From assembly GCA_963764725.1 (NCBI GenBank), contig CAVXTM010000003.1, positions 1 to 45,151 of the forward strand: a stretch of 45,151 nucleotides of DNA, given 5' to 3'. Positions 42,949-45,151 of this stretch are shown in pieces (position 1 is the stretch's first letter; each line of letters begins with the position of its first letter). The DNA comes from an uncultured Gammaproteobacteria bacterium. GTDB taxonomy: Bacteria > Pseudomonadota > Gammaproteobacteria > JACCXJ01. The position numbers were made by a program, and so were the translations under genes. The notes beneath the pieces were generated by a model, which was not told the DNA's origin, searched no databases, and was given only the letters and a program-made list of their open reading frames with translations.

Positions 42949-43032
42949 TCACAGGTGGTCGCAGGCGATGGCGTAGAGGATGCAGCCGCCCAGGAAGGCG
43001 GCGCCGATCAGGATGTAGAGGACGTCAAGCAT
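42949..43032 (-). CDS. Second small hydrophobic kdp peptide (MLDVLYILIGAAFLGGCILYAIACDHL)
   Basis: 27-aa single-TM ORF with GGAG RBS, 10 bp upstream of kdpF. Confidence 0.75.
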   Translation of the reverse strand: MLDVLYILIGAAFLGGCILYAIACDHL

Positions 43033-43093
43033 GGTGATTCTCCCCGGTCAGCAACGATGCCGCCGCATGCGGCCGGCATGTTGCGCTGCACAC

Positions 43094-43162
43094 AGATTAG
43101 CGCCGCGCGCCATATAGATTCGATGGGGACTGGGACGCCTCGGCATATAGATTCCATATAAA
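43094..43162 (-). promoter_or_regulatory. KdpE-box-like promoter for the kdp operon
   Basis: TTTATA-N5-TCTATA (43162-43146), a further TCTATA 33 bp downstream, 13 bp, then TAATCT. Confidence 0.6.
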
Positions 43163-43173
43163 CGACGACATCC

Positions 43174-44507
43174 TCAGAACGTCAGCACGGCGTCGACGCC
43201 CAGCGTGACGGCATTGTTGTCTCGCTGGGCATTGAACGGATGGTTGTTGGTGAAGGCGTGGTCCCAGCGCACTTCGGGCCGGATCAGCAGTCCGGTCACC
43301 GGCGCCGGCAACGCCGGCTTCCAGGTCACGCCGAGCGTCAGGGCGCCGTAGGTCGTGTTGGTTCCGGGCGCGACGTGGACAGGCGGACCGAAGCCCTGCT
43401 GCGCCAGGATCGGACCGTTGTTGGTCGGGAAGGAGGCGACGAAGAAGTTGTTGTCGTCGCGCCAGTACTCCGCGCGCCCGTTCAGCGCGACCGTGTCGGT
43501 CAGCGCGTAGGACGCATACTGCGCGAAGCCGAAGCCATTCACCGGCTTGTTGACCGCGCCGAAGCCGTCGCGCACCAGGTTGGCCTCGGATCACCAGGGT
43601 GAGCTTGTCGGTCGCCTTCCAGGTGACGATGACGTCGTTGTAGTAGCGCCACTGGCCGTTGGCGTTGAACCCCTCGGCGACAGCAGGCGGGTCGGCTGCT
43701 CGGGCCCGAAATGCGTCAGCGCCAGGATGGTCAGGTTGCCGTCCAGGAAGGTCAGGTTGAACCCGCCGATGCCGCCGATCGCACCGTTGTTGTCGCCGAG
43801 CGGCCCGAACGTCGTGTTGGTGCCGGTGTCGGCGCCGGCGTAGATGTCCAGCATGCTGTTGACATGCGTCACCGCCAGCGCGCCGGTGTGCTTGAACGGC
43901 AGGCCGAACTGGAAGATGTACGAGTGCGAGTAGAACAGGTTGGTCGAGGGATCGATCGTCTCGTAGCCGAGCGGCGTCGGATACTGGCCGACCTTCAGAG
44001 TCGATGCCGCCTTCGGTGAGCCAGGGCAGGTGCGCCAGCACGTTCGCCTCGACCACGTCGAACTGGTAGCGCTGGTCGGGCACCACCCGGTTCAGCTCGC
44101 CGAGGAACTGGGTGTAGCGAGCGTCCGAGCCATACATGAACTGCACCTTGAAGCCCCACTGGTAGTCGGGGTCCTTCGGATCGAGCGGCTTGTTCGCGGT
44201 GAGCAGGATCTGATTGAGCTGGAACTGGTTGGCGTGATCGGTGAACAGTTGACCGAAGTTGAGGCCATCGGCTGGCCGGGAAGGGTTGCCCATGAACCCG
44301 CCTTCGATCTGGGCGGACAGATGAATACCATTGACCCACAGCCCGGCCGGCGGCGCCTCGGGCGCGGCCGGAGCGGCCGCAGGGGGCGCCTCAGGCGCGG
44401 CCGGTGGCGCAGGCTGCGCCAAGGCCATTACCGGAGCCAAGGGTAGCGCAGAGCGTAGCGACGCGAGTTGCCCGCGCGCACCGGCGGCCCTCTCGAGATG
44501 ACGGCAT
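43174..44507 (-). CDS. Outer-membrane beta-barrel (putative porin), multiple frameshifts
   Basis: Signal peptide and Pro/Ala linker, NFGQLFTD..NQFQLNQ, MYGSDARYT, IRPEVRWD, and terminal aromatic ..VLTF typical of OM barrels. Confidence 0.75.
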
Positions 44508-44623
44508 TGTTTCCCCTCAGCTGATGCGCGCCGCCGCGACCGAGCGACCAGCCGCGCTTAACATCTGGTGAACGGTGTCCATTGAGAGATCAACCAGCCG
44601 GCGGCGGCTGCTGCCTGCGCGGC

Positions 44624-44812
44624 TCAGTATTCTCCGACGATCATCACCAGGACCTGGGCAAGCATTGCCAGTCCCAGGCAGACCGCGATGACCATCCCTG
44701 CCTGCTTCAGGAATTCCCCGGGCGTATACTGCACGCGAGCGTCCTGGGTCGGCTTATGCAACTCATCGATTGCACGCGGCAGTGCACCGAAGGTGGTGTC
44801 GATCTTGTCCAC
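44624..44812 (-). CDS. Small membrane protein (~62 aa) of unknown function
   Basis: GTG start after GGAG; C-terminal hydrophobic helix MVIAVCLGLAMLAQVLVMIV. Confidence 0.45.
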   Translation of the reverse strand: MDKIDTTFGALPRAIDELHKPTQDARVQYTPGEFLKQAGMVIAVCLGLAMLAQVLVMIVGEY

Positions 44813-44876
44813 GCCACACTCCATGCGAAGGCACGGGTCACGCCAAGCAGCGCTCCGCGCAACGCGCTCAGGGGCA

Positions 44877-44945
44877 TATCTAGTGCAGCCGGGCATATAA
44901 AATCTATATTGCTGCGTCAGCCCAAATATATAGAACGCATATAAG
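44877..44945 (-). promoter_or_regulatory. Second KdpE-box-like promoter
   Basis: CTTATA-N5-TCTATA (44945-44929), TTTATA 33 bp downstream, 13 bp, then TAGATA; same geometry as 43094-43162. Confidence 0.55.
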
Positions 44946-45151
44946 CGCACCGCAATTGTTGGACCTCATGCGCCGCTGGAGTTCCATCAACTATTCTGCG
45001 CGCTCCCGAGCAATATCGAATTTATATGTAGAGGCCGCCATATTCCGCCGGCATGGGCTGCTGGCATTCCATCTACCACGAAGCCTTGCTGGTGCGCTTG
45101 GCAAGCATGGCAGTCGTCTTTGTCGTGCTGGTGCCAGTGCTCTGGATCTTG

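Overview
The window is GC-rich and looks proteobacterial, with three blocks. (1) About 0.8-28 kb is a phosphate-starvation island. It holds pstSCAB-phoU, two Tat-exported PhoX phosphatases, a glycerophosphodiester phosphodiesterase, a phytase-like/beta-propeller phosphatase, a truncated ppk1, two arsC copies with arsR-acr3, and a lipid-remodelling-like cluster (GT4, Mpo1/DUF962-like protein, GSAM-like class III aminotransferase, phosphatidylserine decarboxylase paralogue). Eight promoters carry Pho-box-like repeats, seven of them exactly 10 bp upstream of a -10-like hexamer. (2) About 28-35 kb holds miscellaneous genes (csp, SnoaL-like, Slp, GNAT, methyltransferase, TerB) and a TetR / MRJP-family / orphan copper membrane monooxygenase subunit A (AmoA/PmoA/PxmA-like) unit. 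(3) About 35.4-45 kb is a kdp K+-uptake operon with a porin-like gene, two small peptides and twin KdpE-box-like promoters; its kdpD is cut off head-on against the xmoA gene. Other notable structure includes a ~145-bp TA-flanked MITE-like repeat in two copies that completes stop codons, circularly permuted psd fragments around the GDPD gene, and a 16-aa arsI/cadI remnant. Many frameshifts cluster in two regions and may be sequencing or assembly indels. All family calls come from motif recognition by eye, not database searches.
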